From NCBI GenBank assembly GCA_050874685.1, contig JBNMLD010000003.1, forward strand, positions 1 through 43,981: 43,981 nt of DNA. Reading direction: 5' to 3'. Source of the DNA: Candidatus Onthoplasma sp. GTDB taxonomy: Bacteria; Bacillota; Clostridia; Christensenellales; UBA1242. Below, in pieces: positions 1-9,900 of this stretch. The first letter of the stretch is position 1. Each line of letters opens with the position of its first letter. A program made the translations under genes and the position numbers. A model generated the notes under the pieces. It ran no database searches and was not told the DNA's origin. It saw only the letters and a program-made list of their open reading frames with translations.

Positions 1-15
1 AAAGTATTTAAAATT

Positions 16-270
16 TTAAAAATCTTCTTCTTGCTTTTGTTTTGGTTGTTTAGGTTTTTTATAACCAAATAATCTTAATCTGCCTTTATTGAACAATGTA
101 ACAATCAAAATATAAATGCTTGCCACACCAATGATAACATAAATAATCCTACTGAAGATATTTGCTTGTGTGCCAAATAAACCAGCAATAAAATCATATT
201 GCAAACTTCCAATCATTAACCAATTTAGACCACCAATGCATGTTAAAATAAATGCTATTAATCTCAACAT
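16..270 (-). CDS. DUF378 (YuzA-like) small membrane protein
   Basis: IGGLNWL..G..QYD.IAGLFG...SRIIY.IIG motif; start moved to ATG at 270, which has a GAGG SD. Confidence 0.85.
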   Translation of the reverse strand: MLRLIAFILTCIGGLNWLMIGSLQYDFIAGLFGTQANIFSRIIYVIIGVASIYILIVTLFNKGRLRLFGYKKPKQPKQKQEEDF

Positions 271-383
271 AATTACCTCTAATTTATTTTGAGTTTTAAA
301 TAAAAAAATATTCAAAATAATATTTTATCAAACTTAAAATTAAATGATTTATACTTTCAAAATTATAAAAAAATACAAATTAT

Positions 384-406
384 AAAAAAAGAGCAATTGC
401 TCTTTT
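384..406 (-). terminator. intrinsic terminator after the DUF362 gene
   Basis: perfect palindrome aaaagagcaattgctctttt (387-406) with adjacent A-tract, which is a U-tract on the minus strand. Confidence 0.6.
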
Positions 407-1574
407 AATTTTCTTTATTATATTTTGTAACATTATAATTTACAAGTTTATATCCTATAGGCGTTTTTAAGTCCGCAACTGAATAAGGACAAGCTGTAAA
501 ACACTTATTGCAAAAGATACATTTTGCATAATCAATTTTGGCATATAATTCGCCATTTTTGTCATACTTCATAAGTATTGCATTTGCAGGACAAATTGAC
601 GCACATCTGCCACACCCCTTGCACTTATTGGCATCTATCACAACTCTTTGTTGAGTGCGATTGAAATACCTTTTTTGACTGCATTTATTTGTATGTAAAT
701 TTGATGCGTTTGTTATTTCCCCAAAATCAAAATCATCTAGAACAAATTTTTGCAATTCGCCATCAACAATAGTGTATTGATTTTCAAAATCTATCATGCC
801 ATGTTTTGATGCTGTTTTAACGATTGTGTCTGCACTATCTCTGCCTATAATTGCGTTGATAACAGATTCAAGGCTAAACATGTTTTCTCCCATAGCAAGG
901 CAAGAAAGCATACGTTGACTTTCGTTTGATTCTAATGCAACAACACCATCAAAAACATTAAGAATGATTTTTTGTTGCAATTTGCTCACCAAATCAATGA
1001 TGTAATTATTAAAATCTTCAACTGTTGTAAGTCTATTTAAAACCAATTGCTTAATATCGCCAGGCACAAGCCCAAAAATATTATCTGCAACACCATACAT
1101 ACCCAATTGTTGGTCATAGTGCAATTTACCGATATTTACTATATAATCAACATCTTCAACAACTTCAAGCAATGTTGCCGATTTTGTCTTGATTCCATTT
1201 GGAATTTCAACTTTGCAAACCGCTAAATTGTGATTTAACTCACTTTTTGTTGAGTTTGCAACTTCAAGCATACCAGTTTCAAAATATATTTTATCCAATC
1301 CATTTAATGAATATTGTTTTGCAGGACTGTCCGCTATAATGCACTGTGCACCCAAATCTGTTAATATATTAATCATTCCTTGCACAACTGCTGGGTGGGT
1401 AGTGACAGCTTTGTCAGGATTTTCATCTATACCCGCATCAATTTTAATAAGGATTTTTGAATTTGGTTTTATCAATTTTGACGCATTTAAAGAAGAAAAA
1501 ATGTCCAACAAAGTTTTTTGAACATGCTCTGTATTATAGTTGTTTATATACTTTATTGCAACTTGGTTATTCAT
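405..1574 (-). CDS. DUF362-family protein with C-terminal 2x[4Fe-4S] ferredoxin domain
   Basis: AVTTHP, IADSP motifs; CKGCGRCASICP and CIFCNKCFTACP. Confidence 0.85.
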   Translation of the reverse strand: MNNQVAIKYINNYNTEHVQKTLLDIFSSLNASKLIKPNSKILIKIDAGIDENPDKAVTTHPAVVQGMINILTDLGAQCIIADSPAKQYSLNGLDKIYFETGMLEVANSTKSELNHNLAVCKVEIPNGIKTKSATLLEVVEDVDYIVNIGKLHYDQQLGMYGVADNIFGLVPGDIKQLVLNRLTTVEDFNNYIIDLVSKLQQKIILNVFDGVVALESNESQRMLSCLAMGENMFSLESVINAIIGRDSADTIVKTASKHGMIDFENQYTIVDGELQKFVLDDFDFGEITNASNLHTNKCSQKRYFNRTQQRVVIDANKCKGCGRCASICPANAILMKYDKNGELYAKIDYAKCIFCNKCFTACPYSVADLKTPIGYKLVNYNVTKYNKEN

Positions 1575-1695
1575 ATTTAAATACTACAACTTTTATGGCT
1601 CTTTGTCAAAGAAAAATCTTTATTTACTATATCAAAATATGCGTTAGAACAACATTTTAATTGCTTTTTTTTGCATTTTTTAATACAATATACTC

Positions 1696-1950
1696 ATGAT
1701 AAAAATTTGGGGCAAACTTACCACTCATGATAGAATTATAAAATCAACAACAATTGAAGTTGATGAAAAATCAACCAGTTTTTTTGATATGCTTAAAGAC
1801 CTTTGTGGCAAGTTGAATATCCCTACCCCTGTGTTGCTTGACAAACATGTTTATGATTTTAACATTTTCAATATGTGCGTATTTAAACCTGATGATTTTG
1901 TTGAATCTGTTATATTTGACAAGTTTATACTTCAACACATCGCAAAATAA
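1696..1950 (+). CDS. conserved hypothetical protein (Clostridia type), probably leaderless
   Basis: 84-aa ORF (IWGK...IPTPV.L.KH..DF..F...F..DDFVE); TTGCTT-17-TACAAT ends 6 nt before the ATG. Confidence 0.75.
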   Translation: MIKIWGKLTTHDRIIKSTTIEVDEKSTSFFDMLKDLCGKLNIPTPVLLDKHVYDFNIFNMCVFKPDDFVESVIFDKFILQHIAK

Positions 1951-2022
1951 AATTAATGCAATATTTGGTCTAAAATCAACATTTTTGCATATATTAAAGT
2001 TACACTAAAATATAAAAATAAC

Positions 2023-2052
2023 TTGACATTACTTTTAAATTAGTGATATAAT
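2023..2052 (+). promoter_or_regulatory. sigmaA promoter of greA
   Basis: TTGACA (2023-2028), 18-nt spacer ending TGa, TATAAT (2047-2052). Confidence 0.75.
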
Positions 2053-2178
2053 CGTGTCATTGTAATGAGAAATCATTGCAATTTGTGTTTTTATAGCACG
2101 AATTTTGCAAAAATAAGCAAAAATTTTTGTTTTATTAACACCAAATTTAATAGAATTTTTTTTTAATGGAGTGATATT

Positions 2179-2655
2179 ATGGACGAAAAAGTTTTTATGA
2201 CAGCAGAAGGTCTTAAAAAGACTCAAGAAAGATTAGAATATTTGAAAACAACAAGGCGTCAAGAAGTTGCTAAAAAACTTGCTGAAGCACGTAGTTACGG
2301 CGACTTGAGCGAAAACAGCGAATATGACATTGCCCGTGAAGAACAAATAAACGTTGAAGCAGAAATTTTTGATTTGGAAAATAAATTAAAATCAGCTGTT
2401 GTTATTGACCCTAAAAAAGTTAATACAAGCAAAGTTGGTGTTGGTTGCACTGTTACCGCAACAAATTTGAAAACAAATCAAGTTGTTGAATACAAGATTG
2501 TTGGCGACACTGACTGTGACCCATTCAAAGGGCTTATCAGCAACGTTTCCCCTATTGGAGCAGGTTTGATGAACAAAAAAGTTGGAGATATTGCTCAAAT
2601 CAAAACACCTGGCGGTTTGATGTCTTACAAAATCACAAAAATTAAGTTATCATAA
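2179..2655 (+). CDS. greA: transcription elongation factor GreA
   Basis: EARSYGDLSENSEYD and ISNVSPIG motifs. Confidence 0.97.
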   Translation: MDEKVFMTAEGLKKTQERLEYLKTTRRQEVAKKLAEARSYGDLSENSEYDIAREEQINVEAEIFDLENKLKSAVVIDPKKVNTSKVGVGCTVTATNLKTNQVVEYKIVGDTDCDPFKGLISNVSPIGAGLMNKKVGDIAQIKTPGGLMSYKITKIKLS

Positions 2656-2823
2656 GATAACTTTTTTTGTTTGCATATATAATTTACAAATTCGTAAATT
2701 TATTGTTTAAAAATAATGTTTCAGTTGTTTATTAGTGAAAACTTAATGGACATAAACAACCATGATTTAATTCATGCTGGAAATCAGTTTTATTGATACA
2801 CCTATGTGGTTGTTATTATTTGA

Positions 2824-2882
2824 AATAAATCAATTTATTTCGCATACTCATAAATTTGGTTTGTTGTATTCACAATAAAAAA
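2824..2882. repeat. dispersed ~60-bp terminator-adjacent repeat, copy A
   Basis: aligns with 6866-6929 (aatttatttcgca..tcataaatttg...tcacaataaaaaa). Confidence 0.65.
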
Positions 2883-2907
2883 TAGGGACTTATTACCCTA
2901 TTTTTTT
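2877..2907. terminator. bidirectional intrinsic terminator
   Basis: aaaaaataggg-acttatta-ccctattttttt between convergent genes. Confidence 0.8.
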
Positions 2908-2913
2908 CATTAA

Positions 2914-3426
2914 TTAAGCAACTGTTGGTTGTTCAACTTCAGGCTGTTCAACTTTTTTGTTTTTTAAGCATAATGCCACAATCATGAATGCAAATGTAAC
3001 CAAGTTTGCTGAAAACAATGCTAAAACCAATTGTGTAATAATCAAGCCTGTTTTTGCCTGCCCCTTATTTGTTGCGCAAAGAGTGCAGATTGCAATGGCT
3101 AATGTTGCTGTTTCTAAAACGATGCTAACAATACCAGCTGTTTTTAAAATAGACTTAGCCAAGGTTGTAACTTCATCAACAGCATCAGCCTGAACAATTT
3201 GGCGACTGCCATTTGCATCGTAAAATTCATACAGCCTTGTGCCATCTGTACCAGTTATTGTTCTATACTGACCATTTTCAACGCCATAAGCAACATACAT
3301 AACCATGTCAGTTGTAACAAGTGAACTGCTTTTGATGAAAATAAAACCTGTTAAAACAAGAAGTACGGACATTACGATAGCAATAATTGAACCAGCTTTT
3401 AAAAATCCTGATTTTGTCTTTGTCAT
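2914..3426 (-). CDS. hypothetical membrane protein (3-4 TM segments)
   Basis: hydrophobic segments; start moved to MTKTKS (GGAG SD) because the upstream ATG overlaps a TTGACT/TAAAAT promoter. Confidence 0.75.
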   Translation of the reverse strand: MTKTKSGFLKAGSIIAIVMSVLLVLTGFIFIKSSSLVTTDMVMYVAYGVENGQYRTITGTDGTRLYEFYDANGSRQIVQADAVDEVTTLAKSILKTAGIVSIVLETATLAIAICTLCATNKGQAKTGLIITQLVLALFSANLVTFAFMIVALCLKNKKVEQPEVEQPTVA

Positions 3427-3606
3427 AAAATCATCTCCGATTTTCATTTTATCATTTAAAATGATTAAAAGTCAATGAAATATAAATAACTTATGTGTTA
3501 TTGTAATCAAATATTAAACATTTTTGCATAAATTTGGAAGTTAATATTCAATTGTCCATATTGCAAAATATTTGTAATTTTCAGCAAATTATGATATAAT
3601 AAAATC

Positions 3607-4527
3607 GTGTTAGAAACTGTAAAATTAACTAATGTCTATAACTCGCTTGGTTTAAACAAAAAACTTAACCATGCTTATCTTTTTTATTCAAACGACCAAG
3701 CTTTTAATAATGAAATTGCTTTAACTTTCGCTCGTTCAATTTTGTGCCAAAATCACACATCATGTGGTAAATGCGATGCCTGTTTGCAATTTATAAGTAA
3801 ATCTCACCCTGACTTTTTTTTGATTAACAACAAAAGTGTTAAGGTTGAAGATATTTCCAAAATGCTGGATAAAATGTCAACATTGCCAGTCAGTGCCGAT
3901 TACAAGGTTTTTGTTGTTCTTGATGCTGAAAATATTAATGAACGTGCTCAAAATAAGATGTTAAAGTCTTTAGAAGAGCCAAATGAAAAAAATATTTTTA
4001 TCATGACAACATCAAAACTTGATAAAGTGTTGCCAACAATTTTAAGCAGATTAAATAAAGTTCGTGTACCGAATTTATCTGTAAATGATAAAAATTTGAT
4101 TATTGATGAACTGAAAAAACAAAACATTGATTTGCAACAATACAAAAATTTTGAAACATTAACAGAAATGCTGAATTTTGTTGACGGAAAAACACTTGAT
4201 ACATTACACTCAATAACAAAGATCTTTGACAATCTTAACACAACCGCAGATATCCCAGGCATTGTGAGTTCTATTAGCGATATTGATAAAGACGTTTTCT
4301 TCCCACTGATGCAAGAAATGTTTTTGAGTGCACTTCAACACACCGATAAATTTGACAAAAAGGATATCGCTTCTATTGCCCTACGTTTTAGCCCAAATGT
4401 TATTGTTAAATGTCTGCCACTGATTGATGATGCTTATAAAAAACTTAAAGCAAATGTTAATTTTACTTATATTTTGGACAATTTGCTTTTTAATATGTTA
4501 AAGGAGAAATTTTATGCAATTAACTGA
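3607..4527 (+). CDS. holB: DNA polymerase III delta' subunit
   Basis: HAYLF, zinc motif CGKCDAC, HPDF, AQNKMLKSLEEP, LPTILSR; synteny with yaaT-yabB-rsmI. Confidence 0.9.
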   Translation: MLETVKLTNVYNSLGLNKKLNHAYLFYSNDQAFNNEIALTFARSILCQNHTSCGKCDACLQFISKSHPDFFLINNKSVKVEDISKMLDKMSTLPVSADYKVFVVLDAENINERAQNKMLKSLEEPNEKNIFIMTTSKLDKVLPTILSRLNKVRVPNLSVNDKNLIIDELKKQNIDLQQYKNFETLTEMLNFVDGKTLDTLHSITKIFDNLNTTADIPGIVSSISDIDKDVFFPLMQEMFLSALQHTDKFDKKDIASIALRFSPNVIVKCLPLIDDAYKKLKANVNFTYILDNLLFNMLKEKFYAIN

Positions 4528-5314
4528 AATACAATTGCTTAACAATTCATTAAATGTTTATACAAAACCTATAAATAACGGTAATCCAAGGCAACAAGTT
4601 GTTGTTTCTGTTAATGGTGTGCTTGAATTGGGAATAATTAAACGAATGGCAGATTCAAATGAAGAAACTGCAACTTTTGTTCGTTTTGCAACGAAAGAAG
4701 ATATTAAGGCGAAATGTGAAAATTGCCAATTGGTACGCAAAACATTAACCGAAGTTAAACAAATTGCTGAAAAACTCAATTTAAACATGAAAATCAGTTT
4801 TGTAAATTACAGTTTGGACAGAGCAAAATTAACCATAAACTACACTGCTGATGAACGTGTGGATTTCAGAGAAATGCTTAAAGTTTTAACTTCAAATTAC
4901 AAAACCAAAATAGAAATGAAACAAATTGGCAATCGAGATGAATGCAAATGTGTTGGTGCTTTGGGTGTTTGCGGACGTGAAACATGTTGCAAAGCATATT
5001 TAAAGGACTTTGATAAAGTGTCTATCAAAATGGCAAAAAATCAAGGCATTGCCCTTAACCCAAACAGAATTAACGGAATGTGTGGTCGTTTGCTCTGCTG
5101 TTTGAAATATGAAGACGAATTTTACGAAGAAATGCAAAAGAAAATGCCAAAAATTGGATACAAAGTATCAACTCCTGATGGCACTGGCAACGTTGCTTCT
5201 GTTGACATGTTGAAAGAAACAGTAACCGTTACATTTAAAAAAGATGAAGAAACGTTTGAAAATAAAACCTATCCGTTAGAAGACATAAAATTTAATGCAA
5301 AAGATAAAAATTAA
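4514..5314 (+). CDS. yaaT: PSP1-domain protein YaaT/RicT
   Basis: ERVDFRE, GVCGRETCC, VSIKMAKNQ, GMCGRLLCCLKYE. Confidence 0.93.
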   Translation: MQLTEIQLLNNSLNVYTKPINNGNPRQQVVVSVNGVLELGIIKRMADSNEETATFVRFATKEDIKAKCENCQLVRKTLTEVKQIAEKLNLNMKISFVNYSLDRAKLTINYTADERVDFREMLKVLTSNYKTKIEMKQIGNRDECKCVGALGVCGRETCCKAYLKDFDKVSIKMAKNQGIALNPNRINGMCGRLLCCLKYEDEFYEEMQKKMPKIGYKVSTPDGTGNVASVDMLKETVTVTFKKDEETFENKTYPLEDIKFNAKDKN

Positions 5315-5319
5315 ACCTT

Positions 5320-6003
5320 ATGAAAATCGAAAACTTGAAACTAGAACACTTTGAAAATGGAATTTCTATCATTCAAAGTGACAATTACTATAAATTTACG
5401 CAAGATGCAATTTTGCTTGCAAATTTTTGCAATATTAAACACAGCGATGACGTACTTGAATTATGCGCTGGCAGTGGTGTTATAAGTTTTTATGCCTATT
5501 CTCTATGCCCTTATAACCACCTTTATTTTAACGAAATTCAGCCCGAAATGTGCGAAATAATTAAAGAAAATATTGCATTTAACAATTTTAAACGCAGAAG
5601 CAAGATTTTTAATTGCAATTTAAAGGATTTAAAGTTGTCAGATTTCCCTAAAAATGTTGACGTTATACTTTGCAATCCGCCATACCAAAAGGTAAATCCA
5701 AACAGCAAAATTAATGACAGACCAGAAATTGCCCTTGCTAGGCATGAAATAGCAGCAAATTTAGAAGACATTATTAAAAAATCAGGCGAATTATTGAAAG
5801 ATAAAGGCAGACTTTATATGGTTCATTTGGCTTCAAGAACAGCTGAAATTGCCTCACTTTGCGACAAATATGGAATGCAAGTTAAACAAATGAAGTTTGT
5901 GTTCACAAATGAAAAAGAAGCATATTTAGTGCTTATTGAAGCCGTAAAAGGTGCAAAACCTGGTGTTAGAATCACAAAAAAATGTATGCCAACAAATGAA
6001 TAA
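5320..6003 (+). CDS. yabB: tRNA1(Val) A37 N6-methyltransferase-like (YabB/TrmN6)
   Basis: ELCAGSG SAM motif, NPPY, ARHEI. Confidence 0.88.
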   Translation: MKIENLKLEHFENGISIIQSDNYYKFTQDAILLANFCNIKHSDDVLELCAGSGVISFYAYSLCPYNHLYFNEIQPEMCEIIKENIAFNNFKRRSKIFNCNLKDLKLSDFPKNVDVILCNPPYQKVNPNSKINDRPEIALARHEIAANLEDIIKKSGELLKDKGRLYMVHLASRTAEIASLCDKYGMQVKQMKFVFTNEKEAYLVLIEAVKGAKPGVRITKKCMPTNE

Positions 6004-6028
6004 AACGGTTTAAATTTAGGAGAATACG

Positions 6029-6829
6029 ATGTTATATTTTGTTGCCACACCTATTGGCAATTTAGAAGATATTAGTTTGCGAGCAATCAATGTTTTAAAA
6101 AATTGTGATGTTATTGCTTGCGAAGACACAAGGCATTCAAAAATCTTGCTTGATAAGTATGAAATAAAAGCAAAGACAATTGCCTATCACAAATTTAATG
6201 AACAAAACAGCGCTGATGGTATAATTGAGTTGTTAAAACAAGGTAAAGAAGTTGCCGTAATTAGTGATGCGGGCATGCCTGTAATAAGTGACCCTGGAAA
6301 TATTTTGGCACAAAAACTTGTGGAAAACAACATTAAATTTACTGTTGTGCCTGGCGCAAATGCTGGGTTATCTGCCCTTATATTGTCAGGTTTTGATGCA
6401 AGCAAATTTGCATTTTTTGGCTTTTTGAGTGAAAAGAATAAAGAACTTAAAAGTCAACTTGACCAAATCAAAGCATTTTATGGCAGTATTATAATTTACT
6501 CTTCAAAATACAACCTAAATAAAGATTTGGCAAGCCTTTATTCTGCTTTAGGCGAAGTGCGTGTTGCCATTGTAAGTGAAATAACAAAAATGCATGAAAA
6601 TGTTGCAATTGTTAATTTACCATATACTCTTGAAGAACCAAAAGGCGAATATGTTTTGATTGTGGAAAATATTGCAAAAATAATTGAACAACCGACCGAT
6701 AATCAATTGTTGTTAGAGCTTAAAAAACTGTTAAAAACTGAATCAAAGCAAGACGCATTTAAAATGCTTAAAGACAAATACAATTTAACAAAATCATACA
6801 TTTACAACTTATACGAAAAGAATAAGTAA
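6029..6829 (+). CDS. rsmI: 16S rRNA C1402 2'-O-methyltransferase
   Basis: LYFVATPIGNLEDIS, CEDTRH, SDAGMPVISDPG. Confidence 0.96.
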   Translation: MLYFVATPIGNLEDISLRAINVLKNCDVIACEDTRHSKILLDKYEIKAKTIAYHKFNEQNSADGIIELLKQGKEVAVISDAGMPVISDPGNILAQKLVENNIKFTVVPGANAGLSALILSGFDASKFAFFGFLSEKNKELKSQLDQIKAFYGSIIIYSSKYNLNKDLASLYSALGEVRVAIVSEITKMHENVAIVNLPYTLEEPKGEYVLIVENIAKIIEQPTDNQLLLELKKLLKTESKQDAFKMLKDKYNLTKSYIYNLYEKNK

Positions 6830-6865
6830 ACCAATCCGTTTATAAGGTATATTTTAATATCAAGC

Positions 6866-6929
6866 AATAAACAAATTTATTTCGCAAATGTCATAAATTT
6901 GTTTTTTTTGTTAATCACAATAAAAAAAA
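6866..6929. repeat. dispersed ~60-bp terminator-adjacent repeat, copy B
   Basis: similar to 2824-2882; 12-bp perfect inverted repeat aaacaaatttat/ataaatttgttt; 19-nt exact reverse-complement match to 39391-39409. Confidence 0.65.
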
Positions 6930-6950
6930 GTGGCTAATTGCCACTTTTTT
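6922..6950. terminator. bidirectional intrinsic terminator
   Basis: aaaaaagtggc-taatt-gccactttttt. Confidence 0.8.
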
Positions 6951-6955
6951 ATTTA

Positions 6956-9900
6956 TTATTCAACATCGCCTGATTTAGCTTCTGTTTCAGCTTCTGTTGA
7001 TTGCTCAGCGATTGCTGTTTCTTCAACTGCTTCAACTTTTTCTTCATTTGATTTTGTTGATTTATCTTGTTTGTTTGATTTTGTCTTGTTTGAGCCACCT
7101 TTGCCCTTGCCTGTTAAAGCGAAGAATAAGATAACACCAGCAAGCACAACCAAAGACAATACGATAAGAACTACACCAACAACTGTGTCATTATTCTTTT
7201 CAACTTTAGTCTCTGTTTTAACAGCAAATTTAACTTCTTTTGTTGCTGTGTTTGAATTGCTATCAGTTGCTTTGATAACTAATTTATATTCGCCAGTTGC
7301 ACTGATTGTGTAAGTTTTTGAATAGGTTTCACTTGTTGTTGCTGACATTGTTGTGTCGCCATTCATCAATTCAACAGAAAGTGTATCCCAGTTAATTTTT
7401 TTAACTTCGCCTGCTTCGTTTTTATCTGTCAAAACGAGGTTAGTGTTGTAAGTTTTCTTTGTATCGCCGTTTGTGATAACGATTTCAAGTTTACGTTCAC
7501 GAGTTGAAGTTGAAGTTTTAACAAGGTTTACAGTATATTCAATGTTTGTTTTTCCATCATAAACCAAATCTTTTGACAACTCATCAACATGGTTAATGCT
7601 GATTGTAGGTGGAACATTGTCGCCAACTTTGATTGTTAATGATTTTGTGATTGTGCTGTAAGCGGTTGTTGCTGTGTATTCAACTTTATAGTCGCCTGTA
7701 AGTGTAGCATTTGTTTTGAATTGCCATACTGTTGAACCGTTGACAATTTTCTTTGTTACATCTTGAGCATCGCCCTTGAATGTAACTTTCAATTCTACTT
7801 TAGCTTTTGTTTTACCTTGAGAAGCGCTCAAGTCTGGAAGTGTAACTATGCTATTTTTTGGAGCATAAGAATAATCACTTTCATTAAGTGTTTCGTTCCA
7901 TTTAAGTTCTGGACGAGTTACTGTAACTGTGAATGTTTGAGATTCAGCTGTATAAACCACACCACTTGCTGTATATTTAGCAGTAAATGTGATTGTATAG
8001 TCGCCTTGTTCTTCAAAGATGAAGCTTGTAGCATCATCGCCAGAGCGCCAAGCTTTGCCACCGTCTTCAATTGTGAAGTCGATTTCTGTTGTCGCTTCGT
8101 CAGTCAAGTTTTGTGACAAGTCATTTGACCACAAACTTGCATCAAAGTTCACTTGCATGCCTGTTTCGCCAGTAATAGTGCTTGCACCAGATGATTTAAT
8201 ATCGTCGCCTGCTGCAGAAACTTTTAAGATTGGGTCGCTAGCCAATGTTACATCAAATGTGAAATATACAAATGTTGTGTTGCCAGCATCGTCAGTTGCT
8301 GTATAAACAACGTGATATGTGCCAACTTGGTCAGCTTTAATTTTGCCACCATAGATATATGATTTGCCTGAAATGTTGTTTTTATAGTTCTTTGCCATTG
8401 GAGATTTGTAGTCCAAACCTGTTACATCATTAACTGGGCTGTTTACATAGTATGAAACATTCATACTTAATGTTTTGTCATCGTCAGTGAATGATACATC
8501 CGGCAATTCAACTACAGTGCCTTGTTTTACAACCAAATCTGTCATATCAGTTGTTGTAAAGCTGTGTGCATTAACAACTGCATATTCAGGAGCACCTGCA
8601 TCTGTCATATCTTTGATAACAAGTTTTTTGTTTGCCAAAGCGATGTTGCCGTCATCGTCAATAGAGATTGCAACAACGTAAGCATTTTTGCCGTAACTTG
8701 CATCATAATTTTCAAGTTTTACGTCATAGTTATTTTTGTTCTTTTGTTCAGCATAAGCAAAGCCGTTGTATTGTGCTTTCATTGCATTAACAAATGCTTC
8801 ACTATCAATCAAGTGTTCACTGCCATAGTACACATCGCCACGAGCGGTTTTTGCAGCATTGAATGCTGATTGAACATCAGCCAATAATGTTGTTGCTGAA
8901 GCGGTTGTGTTGTAGTAATAGAATACAGCAGTTTTAAGGCGTTTATCAACATTAGTTGTTGAGTCGCCACGTTTTGTTTCATTTGCATTGATGTTTACTG
9001 TGAATTTACCATCGCTTGCAACTGAATAATTATCTTTAATATTTGTGATTTCAACATTGTGTTCAACAGTTGAAGTTGTGCCTCTTGTCGGTGTTGATAA
9101 AACGTTGAATGTGTACATTGTTGTGTTTGAAACATACAAATAACCATCTTGTTTGGTGATGTCTTTTGCCAAAACATAATAGCCAAGAGTATATTCACCC
9201 GCCATGCCAGCTTGTTCGTCATCAGAAACATTAAATTTGAATTTAACACCCTTGTTTTGTTTGCCGATATTTTCATCGCCTGATACGTTGATTTGTGTTG
9301 AAAGGTCGGTGTCTGCGTTTGTGATTTCGTAACGTTCACCGTCTTTGTTCATAACGTTATCAATATAATAGATTGTGTTTGTACGTGAACTTTGAATATA
9401 ACGAACAAAGATAAAATCTTTATAAGATGTTACAGCATCTGTTGCATAGATAGCTGGGAAATAAAGTTCGTTATAGCCAAGTTGTGATTTAAATTCTGTT
9501 GCAACAGTTGTGTCAATTTTGCTTGCATCAACTGGCATACCATTTGAATCCAAATCATAGTCATAAGCCATGAATACTTCAGGTTTTGTGTTATCTTTAA
9601 CACCGTCAATTGTAACTTTGATTTGTTTTTCGTTGCCGTAAGCATCAACGATTGTGTATTCAACATACCAGTCGCCAAGCATTTCAGCTGTGTAAGAATC
9701 CAAACCAAAGAATTCTTTTGTCATGTCAAACTTGAATGTGTTGTTTGTTAAAGTTTTTGAAATGCTACCCTTGCTGAGAACGATTTTTGTAACATTGTGT
9801 TCAACGTTATCTTTATCTTTGTTGTTTACAACAACGTCAGGAAGAGTGATATCTTTTTTGCCCAATTCAACGCTTGGCATTGTTGGGATATTGATTGTTA

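Noticed and set aside
3607-3720. HolB lacking a Walker A motif
   Set aside because: Delta' subunits are normally ATPase-inactive with a degenerate P-loop.
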